Translations under genes and position numbers: made by a program
Shown here: one piece after another, positions 1 through 7,400 of the stretch
Layout of the letters: the number at the start of each line of letters is the position of its first letter
How positions within the stretch are numbered: the stretch's first letter is position 1
IMG/VR virus record: IMGVR_UViG_3300012942_000125
Span: 1 to 25,553 of that record
Length of the DNA stretch: 25,553 nucleotides
Direction: 5' to 3' (one strand)
Source: a virus
Lineage: Duplodnaviria > Caudoviricetes
The notes under the pieces: model-generated
What the model was told of the DNA's origin: nothing
What the model saw: only the letters and a program-made list of their open reading frames with translations
Database searches by the model: none

Positions 1-699
1 CGTCGCCTCCATCGTGCTGGTCTCCGCAGTGAATTCCTGGCGCAACTGGAGGAGCTCTTCGTCGGGCTCCATGGACTGGATCTTGCGTTTGAGCGACTTC
101 ATGGAAGCCTCGACCTTGTCCAGCTTCGCATTGCGATCAGCCAATACTTGATCCTTGGCCCTGGCCTCTTCGCGCTCATCGCGCAGGGCTTTGCGCAACT
201 CGGATGCCGACATCTTCGCGATATCGTCCAGCTCCAGGCCCGCCACCGTGCCGCCTTCCGACAACTCCTTTATTTCGTCATCGTCTAAAGTCAGAAGCTC
301 AAATAACTTCGTCTTTGATCCGGCCGCTTCGACCAAATGCGTCGTTAACGCCGCATTTGAGAATTTGAGGGCGGACTGCATCATGCGCTGCGCCAGGCGT
401 GGCTCCAGCCCGATGCGGCCGATGAACGGCGTCCACTGACCATATCCGAGCATTTCCTTTGCGACGATCAGCGCACGTCCCGCCGCCAGCATTTCCTCCG
501 CGCTGCGCGACAGGTGCCCACGAATGACGTGCTCGTAGCGCGCCTCGTCGAATGGCAGCCCATCCCCAAACCGAGTAATGATCTCGGTAGTCCGCTCGAC
601 AGCCTTGTGTTGCTCAGCTGTCAATACCTCTGCGTTCGTGATGACGGTTGTTTCGGGGCTGGCGGCTGACGCGGCCGGCGTGGTCTTTGTGCGTGGCAT
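1..699 (-). CDS. DUF3102-like early phage protein (runs off the window's left edge)
   Basis: Not in the ORF track because it is open-ended. ATG at 699 follows AGGAG. Reads MPRTKTTPAAS...YEHVIRGHLSRSAEEMLAAGRALIVAKEMLGYGQWTPFIGRIGLEPRLAQRMMQSALKF...GLELDDIAKMSASELRKALR, typical of the protein that precedes the transposase in B3-like phages. Confidence 0.8.
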   Translation of the reverse strand, partial: MPRTKTTPAASAASPETTVITNAEVLTAEQHKAVERTTEIITRFGDGLPFDEARYEHVIRGHLSRSAEEMLAAGRALIVAKEMLGYGQWTPFIGRIGLEPRLAQRMMQSALKFSNAALTTHLVEAAGSKTKLFELLTLDDDEIKELSEGGTVAGLELDDIAKMSASELRKALRDEREEARAKDQVLADRNAKLDKVEASMKSLKRKIQSMEPDEELLQLRQEFTAETSTMEAT

Positions 700-711
700 A
701 GGGACTCCTAG

Positions 712-1017
712 TTAGCGGGAACCGGCGGCAATGCGCTGGTCGATTTCCTGGGCCCGCGTCATGAACGCGGACATGTGATTGGCATGGGCTTGGGCGATCT
801 GCAGGGTCTTGACCGAATGGGCGTAGCGTCCGTTGTCGTAGCGAGTGACATACCCCCCCTCGACCAGGGTGTTGAGGGCCCGGCTGACATTCGGGGCGCT
901 TTGACGCGTGGCGGCGGCAATCTCGGCGTTACTCAAGCCCGTCAGCGTGTGGCCCTTCAAGGCCGGCCACACCTGCAGAACTTTGAGAGCGCTCGCGATG
1001 GTGGCGGGCTTATTCAT
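712..1017 (-). CDS. IclR-type winged-HTH DNA-binding protein
   Basis: MNKPATIASALKVLQ...GLSNAEIAAATRQSAPNVSRALNTLVEGGYV has an HTH pattern. Start re-called to ATG 1017 (GGAGG upstream, overlaps the previous stop). Confidence 0.8.
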   Translation of the reverse strand: MNKPATIASALKVLQVWPALKGHTLTGLSNAEIAAATRQSAPNVSRALNTLVEGGYVTRYDNGRYAHSVKTLQIAQAHANHMSAFMTRAQEIDQRIAAGSR

Positions 1018-1486
1018 GGGAACCTCCGAAGTCCAACTCCGGCGCGTCGGCCTGGCTGACGTTTTTGTGGTGGTATGCAAGCTGCTCCATGCCGGCCATG
1101 ACGGCAGACAATGTGCGGGCCGCGTCGCCAGCACCTCGGTAGTACGCCAACAGCGCGCCGACAGCGTTGTGGACGGCCTCCTGCAGGGCCTGGATTGACT
1201 CGGGCTTAGCAGGCCGTCCCGTGGGCATGTCGATGACCATGCGGCCGTTGCCTGTCGCCAGGTACTGGGACACCAGGGCTATGCCACATGCGTGCTCGTA
1301 ACCGGGGATAAGGCTCGCTGGAATGCGACCCGTAGACAGCCACTTGTAGAGCACGTCGGCAGTGACGCCGAGCAGCTCGGCGATGCGCTCCACCGACAAG
1401 TTGCGGCGCTCGCGGGCGTGGTCTTTGCATAGGCGCAAAGCTTCGGCCACGCTCGTGGGATAGACGCGTTTCCAATTTCGGGCCAT
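1010..1486 (-). CDS. Phage regulatory protein (HTH, CII-like)
   Basis: MARNWKRVYPTS...NLSVERIAELLGVTADVLYKWLSTGRIP has an HTH. GAGGAGG lies upstream of ATG 1486. Confidence 0.75.
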   Translation of the reverse strand: MARNWKRVYPTSVAEALRLCKDHARERRNLSVERIAELLGVTADVLYKWLSTGRIPASLIPGYEHACGIALVSQYLATGNGRMVIDMPTGRPAKPESIQALQEAVHNAVGALLAYYRGAGDAARTLSAVMAGMEQLAYHHKNVSQADAPELDFGGSHE

Positions 1487-1604
1487 GTTTAGACCCTCCT
1501 CGCCCAGCGCCAGGCGAACGATTTCCAAACAAAAAGCCTATTGGATTGGGAAAATCCCTGATTTCCCGGGCATAATTTCCCTGCTGATTGTCGTAACATG
1601 ACGC

Positions 1605-1817
1605 TTACACTCGCAGGCTCTTGGGGTTGGCTTTGATGCCCAGGGCGACGGCGGCTTTATGCGCCTGGCCACGGCGACCTACGCGCTTGCCGCGCAGGAT
1701 GTCGTGGATGGTGTAGCGAGACACGCCAAGCTGGCGGGCGAAGTCGACGATGGATATCCCATTGGCGACCAGCCATTCGGCGGCCTGTTCCGGCGTGCGC
1801 AGTGTGGAGGTGCTCAC
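1605..1817 (-). CDS. Ner/Cro-like small DNA-binding protein (BcepMu gp16-like)
   Basis: LRTPEQAAEWLVANGISIVDFARQLGVSRYTIHDILRGKRVGRRGQAHKAAVALGIK; first gene divergent from the repressor. GTG 1817 follows AGGAG (alternative ATG at 1847). Confidence 0.85.
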   Translation of the reverse strand: MSTSTLRTPEQAAEWLVANGISIVDFARQLGVSRYTIHDILRGKRVGRRGQAHKAAVALGIKANPKSLRV

Positions 1818-1883
1818 AACGTGTGCTCCTTTTTTTGGTTCCGTCATGTGGCAATGACGGGTGTTACTAGTGCGTATGTGGTG

Positions 1884-1912
1884 ATTATAGGAACCAAACG
1901 GTTTCTTGTAAA
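1884..1912 (-). promoter_or_regulatory. Leftward early sigma70 promoter (Pe-like)
   Basis: On the minus strand: TTTACA (1912-1907), a 17-bp spacer, then TATAAT (1889-1884). Confidence 0.85.
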
Positions 1913-1936
1913 GAAAATAATGAACCGAACGGTGTC
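1891..1936. promoter_or_regulatory. Two candidate repressor operators
   Basis: GAACCAAACGGTTTC (1891-1905) and GAACCGAACGGTGTC (1922-1936) are 13/15 identical with an ACC-N4-GGT dyad. The first fills the promoter spacer. Confidence 0.7.
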
Positions 1937-2381
1937 CATTGGAGATAGGCTTAAGGAAGAGCGTCTGCGCTTAGGTATGACTCAGCCCGTTATGGGAGAA
2001 ACGGGAGGCGTCACAAAGAAATCACAGATGCTTTATGAGTCTGGCGAGCGTTTTCCGGACGCAAGATATCTGGCCGCCATAGAGGCAATTGGGGCTGACG
2101 TTATCTACGTGTTGACGGGCCAGCGTTCAAATGCCGCGATGTCGCAGCATCTGACTCCCAAAGAGCAGATTGTCTTGGATGCTTATCGCTCGGGCACGAT
2201 CGAGCAGCAGGACTTCATCTTGAAGGCGGCGCTGGGGTTCGCAGGCACCGGCGAATCCTTGGCACGCCCCCAGCCCGGGGCGAGTGCTGTGCGCCAGAAG
2301 GTCAAAGATAATCACGGCGTCATGATCGTTTCGGGCAGGGATGTCATGGCGGACAAGAAGAGCCAGGGGAATAAGAAATGA
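1920..2381 (+). CDS. Phage immunity repressor, XRE/HTH_3 family, without peptidase S24 domain
   Basis: IGDRLKEERLRLGMTQPVMGETGGVTKKSQMLYESGERFPDARYLAAIEAIGADVIYVLTG is a classic XRE HTH, divergent from the ner-like gene. Start is ATG 1920 or GTG 1932. Confidence 0.9.
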   Translation: MNRTVSIGDRLKEERLRLGMTQPVMGETGGVTKKSQMLYESGERFPDARYLAAIEAIGADVIYVLTGQRSNAAMSQHLTPKEQIVLDAYRSGTIEQQDFILKAALGFAGTGESLARPQPGASAVRQKVKDNHGVMIVSGRDVMADKKSQGNKK

Positions 2382-2545
2382 TGTGCGAACAGATCATCCA
2401 TGACAATCACGGTGTCATGATCGTAGCTGCGCCAGGAAGTCAGGTAATCATTGTTCTGGGAGAGTTAAAAAAAGAGGGCGAATATATAGAATTGATGCGA
2501 TGGAATGAGCCAATTCAAAGACATCTGCAACCTGAAGTCGCATAG
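2378..2545 (+). CDS. Small unannotated protein (55 aa) sharing the DNHGVMIV motif with the repressor tail
   Basis: ATGA overlap with the repressor stop. Translates MMCEQIIHDNHGVMIVAAPGSQVIIVLGELKKEGEYIELMRWNEPIQRHLQPEVA*. Shorter than any ORF in the supplied track. Confidence 0.65.
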   Translation: MMCEQIIHDNHGVMIVAAPGSQVIIVLGELKKEGEYIELMRWNEPIQRHLQPEVA

Positions 2546-2560
2546 CTTGGCTTTTTTTTT
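2535..2560 (+). terminator. Possible weak intrinsic terminator closing the repressor operon
   Basis: AAGTCG/TGGCTT stem (with G-U pairs) running into T9 at 2552-2560. Confidence 0.35.
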
Positions 2561-2622
2561 ACGCCCACTGGTAACAGGATAATTCGTACAATAAGCGCGT
2601 GTTTTAAGCCGAGGCCGGGAGA

Positions 2623-3219
2623 ATGAAAAAAATTTGGTGTGTGCTGGCATTACTTGTGAGCACGGCCAGTGCGGCGCAATTGCATTTGCCTGGACTAGGC
2701 TGGAAGCTGGTGTCCGACAACAGCGCAGACATTAATGCATGGCACAAGAACAAAACCGAGGCAAAACACGTGCTGGAATATGCCGACAAGCTGATGGTTG
2801 ACTCTCTCGCTATCGCTCAGATACAGCGTAATGGTGGAGGGCCTGCGGTAGTAGCTCATTCAAAGGAAATCAATTCAACCAGCGATGAGCTGAAAAAGAT
2901 TGGACCAAACCCCGGCCCGCTGTCGCATTGCGGCGCTGCAGGTTCTTACCTGATATTGTTCTGGAGCGAATTGCTCAGCGGTCGTAACCAGGCAGGCATA
3001 GCGCGGGCGCTGGCCACATATAAAGATAATCATGAGGCCTGTCTTGATCAGATCGAGTCGCCGCCTGAGCTAGAGTATGAAATACTCGGCCCAAATCGAG
3101 ATGATGCTGTACTGTCAAATGGGTGTACGACGATAGTGCCTCAAGATGGCGACAAAACGGTCACATGGTTCTGCAAAGCTCGCGTGCTGCGTGCGGCAGG
3201 CTTCATAAAGCAGTCATAG
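2623..3219 (+). CDS. Accessory (moron-like) exported protein, unknown function
   Basis: Signal peptide MKKIWCVLALLVSTASA-AQ, GGGAG RBS, four mature Cys. Visibly AT-richer than the flanking structural genes. Confidence 0.75.
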   Translation: MKKIWCVLALLVSTASAAQLHLPGLGWKLVSDNSADINAWHKNKTEAKHVLEYADKLMVDSLAIAQIQRNGGGPAVVAHSKEINSTSDELKKIGPNPGPLSHCGAAGSYLILFWSELLSGRNQAGIARALATYKDNHEACLDQIESPPELEYEILGPNRDDAVLSNGCTTIVPQDGDKTVTWFCKARVLRAAGFIKQS

Positions 3220-3229
3220 TACATACCAG

Positions 3230-3274
3230 TTTTGCCCTAGTTCCAAAGACTCTCCGGAGGATCCCGATCATGAT
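3230..3274 (+). promoter_or_regulatory. Late promoter 1 (lysis/packaging operon), activator-site motif plus -10
   Basis: TTTTGCCCTAGTTCCAAAGAC, 18 nt, CATGAT. The motif recurs at 11079 and 22827. Confidence 0.75.
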
Positions 3275-3322
3275 GAAGCCTCATCGCTTCATCGTGGTTC
3301 CATCGATCCGACCGGAGAGTTC

Positions 3323-3679
3323 ATGTGTAATCTTCCCCTTCATCGACGCCTTCCCCGGCTGACCAGTTTCGTCCTGCTGGTCGTCCTGCTGATCATCCTG
3401 ATCGCCGCGATCGCTCCGGTGCAACTGCCGGTTGTCGCCTACAAGCTCACGCTCATTTCGCTGGCCGCCATCGTTGCCTATTGGCTGGATCGCACACTGT
3501 TTCCGTATGCGCGCCCGGACGGCTACCTGCTCAAAGACTGGCGTGAAGGGGCCTGCATCGGTACCAGCCCCGTCGATTACCCAATCGTTCAGGAATACCG
3601 CATCGCCTTCATCGGCGCCTGCCTACGGCGCGCCATTGTCGTGCTCGCTGTCGTGATCGGCGTGGCGCTGGGGCTGTGA
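3323..3679 (+). CDS. Putative holin (2-3 TM)
   Basis: Hydrophobic helices, LAAIVAYWLDRTLFPYARPDG motif, C-terminal RRAIVV...VALGL. Directly precedes the endolysin. Confidence 0.85.
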   Translation: MCNLPLHRRLPRLTSFVLLVVLLIILIAAIAPVQLPVVAYKLTLISLAAIVAYWLDRTLFPYARPDGYLLKDWREGACIGTSPVDYPIVQEYRIAFIGACLRRAIVVLAVVIGVALGL

Positions 3680-4344
3680 TGAAGATTCGTTCTTGGTGGA
3701 AGTTCTGGATCGTTGGCGGCCCCTGGAGGGCATGGCTTTCGATGGTTGTATTGCTGATCGTCACGCTCGTCTTGAGCCGCTGTGTGCCGGCGGCTGAAGT
3801 GCCAGCAGCAGCCAAGTTCTACCGAGCCGATCTCACGCGCAGTGCCCGTGTCGTCATGGGCCTTGATGCACCCGTATCGTTGTTCGCCGCGCAGATCCAC
3901 CAGGAGAGCGGTTGGCGCGCCTCGGCTCGGTCGGGCGTGGGTGCGCAGGGCTTGGCTCAGTTCATGCCAGCCACGGCCAATTGGATCTCGGACCTGTTTC
4001 CGGAACTGGCCCGCAACGACCCGTACAACCCTGGGTGGTCGCTGCGCGCCCTGGTGCGCTACGACGACTGGCTCTATGCCCGGATCCGGGCGGCTGACGC
4101 ATGCCAGCGTTGGGCGATGACGTTATCTGCGTACAACGGCGGTCTAGGCTGGATCAGCCGCGACCAGGCACGGGCCTCCAGGCAGGGACTGGATCAGCTC
4201 GTGTGGTTCGGCAGTGTCGAAACGGTAAACGCAGGCCGATCGGCGTCGAATTGGCGCGAGAACCGGGACTACCCCCGGCGCATCATCTATGACCGCCAGC
4301 CGCTCTATGTCGCGGCTGGCTGGGGCGCAGGGGTATGCCTGTGA
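3676..4344 (+). CDS. Endolysin, lytic transglycosylase (SLT) with N-terminal membrane anchor
   Basis: Motifs QIHQESGW (catalytic Glu), GAQGLAQFMPAT and AYNGGLG; N-terminal hydrophobic segment. Confidence 0.92.
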   Translation: MMKIRSWWKFWIVGGPWRAWLSMVVLLIVTLVLSRCVPAAEVPAAAKFYRADLTRSARVVMGLDAPVSLFAAQIHQESGWRASARSGVGAQGLAQFMPATANWISDLFPELARNDPYNPGWSLRALVRYDDWLYARIRAADACQRWAMTLSAYNGGLGWISRDQARASRQGLDQLVWFGSVETVNAGRSASNWRENRDYPRRIIYDRQPLYVAAGWGAGVCL

Positions 4345-4745
4345 CGGCCTGGATCATCGTAGCGAGCTTGGTTGTATCCATCTCCACATACGCGGCGGGA
4401 AATTATTTGGGCTATGCCCGGGGGCAGGCCGACGCGCAGGCGACGCAGGCCAAGCAGGACGTGGACACGCTCACGAAGGCCATGCAGACCACCAACGATG
4501 CAATCGCCGCCAGCAATAAAGCGAGTATTGATATGCGCAATCTCCTGGGCCAGATCGAGAAATCCGGCCAGACCTCGACCAAGGAACTGAAAAATGCGTT
4601 GGCCAAGAACCATGCTGATCCTGTTATTTGCAAGTTCGATGCTGACAGCATGCGCATCATCGCCGAAGCCCGTGCCCGCGCCGCCGACCGTGCTGCCGGC
4701 GGAATACGCGAAACGGTGCCCGCCGCCAGTGGCAGCGACCGATGA
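4335..4745 (+). CDS. Rz-like inner-membrane spanin
   Basis: One N-terminal TM followed by a coiled coil; follows the endolysin. Confidence 0.8.
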   Translation: MPVTAWIIVASLVVSISTYAAGNYLGYARGQADAQATQAKQDVDTLTKAMQTTNDAIAASNKASIDMRNLLGQIEKSGQTSTKELKNALAKNHADPVICKFDADSMRIIAEARARAADRAAGGIRETVPAASGSDR

Positions 4746-4860
4746 CAGCATGGATGCGGCGGCTGTGGCGCTGAAAGCCATGTACGACCTGTACGGCGTC
4801 TGCGCGGGCCGGCTGGTCGATTTGACGAACTGGGTACAACAGCAGGGGAAAACTCCGTGA
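4594..4860 (+). CDS. Rz1-like outer-membrane lipoprotein spanin (overlapping Rz in another frame)
   Basis: AAGGA RBS, lipobox LTA-C, Pro-rich mature region; starts within the Rz-like gene. Confidence 0.8.
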   Translation: MRWPRTMLILLFASSMLTACASSPKPVPAPPTVLPAEYAKRCPPPVAATDDSMDAAAVALKAMYDLYGVCAGRLVDLTNWVQQQGKTP

Positions 4861-5159
4861 CGTTGGAAGAAGTGAAGATGGTGTTTTCGATCCTGCAGGG
4901 TGTCATCACTGCCGGTATCGCCGTGTATATCTACATGTCGAAAAAGGATCGGGCCGATGCAAAGCGGTTGTCGGCGCTGGAATCGCGCGTCACGACGCTG
5001 GAAGAGGCCATGCGCCATCTGCCCGACCAGACCATGGTTATCGAGCTGGCCGGCGACATGAAGGCGGTCAAAGCAAGCCTGGACGGCGTGAGAGAGTCTC
5101 TCGCCCCTTTGGCTCGTAGCGTCGACCGCATCAATGACTATCTTTTGACCCGATCGTGA
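4857..5159 (+). CDS. Mu gp25-like protein (DUF2730-like)
   Basis: TM followed by coiled coil with HLP motif, ending INDYLL; conserved position after the spanins. Confidence 0.7.
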   Translation: MTLEEVKMVFSILQGVITAGIAVYIYMSKKDRADAKRLSALESRVTTLEEAMRHLPDQTMVIELAGDMKAVKASLDGVRESLAPLARSVDRINDYLLTRS

Positions 5160-5166
5160 GCGACCT

Positions 5167-5466
5167 ATGAGCAACAGCAAATTCCAGGACTTTTTGCGGC
5201 AGGACCAGCGCCTGGTGATTCTGCGGCTGCTGGCCGAAATGCCGGCATACAGCTCGAATTCGTCGGTGCTGTGCATGGCGCTGGAGCGCTTCGGGCACGC
5301 AATCAGTCGCGACCAGGTCAAGACCGAACTGCACTGGCTGGCCGAGAACGGCCTGGTGGAAATCACCGACATGGAAGCTGTGCTTGTGGCGCATCTGACC
5401 GAGCGCGGCCAGGACGTCGCCGCGGCGCGAGCCGTGGTGCCTGGCGTGAAGCGCCCGGGGGCCTGA
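5167..5466 (+). CDS. Mu gp26-like winged-helix protein
   Basis: DQRLVILRLL...SRDQVKTELHWLAENGLV...LTERGQDVA...PGVKRP pattern and synteny. Confidence 0.8.
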   Translation: MSNSKFQDFLRQDQRLVILRLLAEMPAYSSNSSVLCMALERFGHAISRDQVKTELHWLAENGLVEITDMEAVLVAHLTERGQDVAAARAVVPGVKRPGA

Positions 5467-5467
5467 C

Positions 5468-6013
5468 ATGCCGCGCAAATCCACCATCAAGCGGCTGCCG
5501 GCCGATGTACGGGCGCATCTGGAGCTGCGTCTGCGGGAAGATCAGCTCACGCTTGACGAACTGATCGAAGACCTGCGTGAGCATTTCCCGCAAGCCGAGC
5601 CGCCCAGCCGTTCGGCCCTGCACCGGTATCGCGTGGGATTCGAAGAAATGGCCGGCCGCATGCGCGAGATCGAAGTAGCCTCGACCGCCCTGGTCGGCGA
5701 GCTGGGCGAGGACGTGGGCGAACGGGCCGGCGCGCTACTGGCCCAGGCCGTGACTACCTTGGCAACCAACGCGGCGCTGCAGGCCCATTCCGATGACGTG
5801 TCGATCACGGAAATCGCCAAGCTGGCCCGGGCTGCCAAGGCGGCAATGGAGGCGCGCACGCTCTCAATGAAAGAGCGCCAAGCCATCGAGAAGGCCGCCG
5901 AGGAGCGCTTGCTGAAAGAGCAGTCGAAGAAGCTCGAGGCCTTGGGTAAAGCCGGCGCGCTGGCGCCGGAAACGCTGGCGCGGATCCGCAGCGAAATTTA
6001 TGGAATTGTCTGA
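5468..6013 (+). CDS. Terminase small subunit (Mu gp27/DUF3486-like)
   Basis: MPRKSTIKRLP...SRSALHRY motif; immediately upstream of the large terminase. Confidence 0.8.
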   Translation: MPRKSTIKRLPADVRAHLELRLREDQLTLDELIEDLREHFPQAEPPSRSALHRYRVGFEEMAGRMREIEVASTALVGELGEDVGERAGALLAQAVTTLATNAALQAHSDDVSITEIAKLARAAKAAMEARTLSMKERQAIEKAAEERLLKEQSKKLEALGKAGALAPETLARIRSEIYGIV

Positions 6014-7398
6014 TGGCAGCGGCCGTTCCTCTGTATGCCTATCAAAAAAAATGGCTGTTGGATAAGAGCCGTTTCAAGATCGGCGACTTCTCGCGCCAGA
6101 CGGGCAAGACGTTCACCACCACGCTGGAGCTCGTTGACGACTGTTTCGAAGTCGAGGCGCGCGGCGGCCGCACGCGCTGGGTGATCCTCTCGCGCGGGGA
6201 GCGCCAGGCCAAGGAAGCAATCGACGAGGGCGTGAAGAAGCACGCCAAAGCCTACAACATGGCCGTCAAGGAAATCGAGGGGGAGTTCAAGGTCTCGGAC
6301 AAACTGAGCTATACCATGCTCGACGTGGTGCTGCCCGGCGGCTCCAAGATCACAGCACTACCTGCCAACCCGGACACAGCTCGGGGCTTCTCGGCCAACG
6401 TGTTTCTGGATGAGTTTGCATTCCACGCCGACAGCCGCAAGATCTGGACCGCGCTTTTTCCGGTCATCTCCAACGGGTTCAAGCTGCGAATTACCAGTAC
6501 GCCCAACGGAAAGGGCAATAAGTTCTACGAGTTGATGACCGATAAGAAGCTCGACGGCATCTGGTCGCGTCACGTCGTGGATATCTACCGGGCAGTCGCC
6601 GATGGCCTGCCTCGTGACATCGATCAGATGCGCACGGCGCTGAACGACGATGACGCGTGGGATCAGGAATTCGCGCTCAAGTGGCTGGATGAGGCCAGTT
6701 CCTGGCTGTCCTTCGACCTGATCGACGGTGTCGAGCACGACCGCGCTGGGATCCCCGAGAACTATACGGGCGGGCCCTGCTACGTGGGCGTAGACATCGC
6801 GACCCGCAATGACTTGTTCGTCATCTGGGTCTGGGAGGAAGTCGGCGATGTGCTGTGGTGCCGCGAGATCATCGCGCGCCGGCGCATCAAGTTTTCCGAA
6901 CAGGACGCACTGCTGGCCGATGTGTTCAAGCGCTACAAGGTGATCCGCTGCTGCATGGACCAGACCGGCATGGGCGAAAAACCGGTCGAAGACGCCAAGC
7001 GGGCCCATGGCGATGCCCGGGTCGAGGGCGTACTTTTCACGGCCAGCAACAAGCTGCTGCTGGCCACGGTGGGGAAAGAAGCCTTTGACGATCGCACCTG
7101 CCGTATTCCGCTGGGCGACCGAGATCTGCGCTCCGATCTGCACAAGCTGAAAAAAGTCACCAGTCCGACCGGTGTTCCCCGGTTTGTCGCCGATTCAGAT
7201 TCCGAAGGCCACGCCGACCGGGCCTGGGCGGCGTTCCTCGGCCTGTATGCGGCCAAGGATGGCCACCAGGTCATCGAGCACCAGAGCGCGGGCACGCGTG
7301 AAAGCATGGCCGCAGCCGATACCGAGCGCGCCTATCCAACCTTGACCGCCCGGGGCTTCGGCACCGTCTCGGGCGGCACCGATTTCGCGGGGTTCTAA
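6013..7398 (+). CDS. Terminase large subunit
   Basis: Walker A SRQTGKT, Walker B VFLDE, STPNG coupling motif, nuclease motifs GVDIA, MDQTGMG and GHAD. Confidence 0.95.
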   Translation: MAAAVPLYAYQKKWLLDKSRFKIGDFSRQTGKTFTTTLELVDDCFEVEARGGRTRWVILSRGERQAKEAIDEGVKKHAKAYNMAVKEIEGEFKVSDKLSYTMLDVVLPGGSKITALPANPDTARGFSANVFLDEFAFHADSRKIWTALFPVISNGFKLRITSTPNGKGNKFYELMTDKKLDGIWSRHVVDIYRAVADGLPRDIDQMRTALNDDDAWDQEFALKWLDEASSWLSFDLIDGVEHDRAGIPENYTGGPCYVGVDIATRNDLFVIWVWEEVGDVLWCREIIARRRIKFSEQDALLADVFKRYKVIRCCMDQTGMGEKPVEDAKRAHGDARVEGVLFTASNKLLLATVGKEAFDDRTCRIPLGDRDLRSDLHKLKKVTSPTGVPRFVADSDSEGHADRAWAAFLGLYAAKDGHQVIEHQSAGTRESMAAADTERAYPTLTARGFGTVSGGTDFAGF

Positions 7399-7400
7399 GA

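Noticed and set aside
1659-1919. Upstream extension of the repressor ORF (240 aa call)
   Set aside because: Overlaps the divergent ner-like gene and the promoter; the HTH begins right after 1920.
6044-6051. A8 tract near the terminase start as a frameshift or phase-variation site
   Set aside because: It encodes the ordinary YQKKW Q-motif region in an intact frame.
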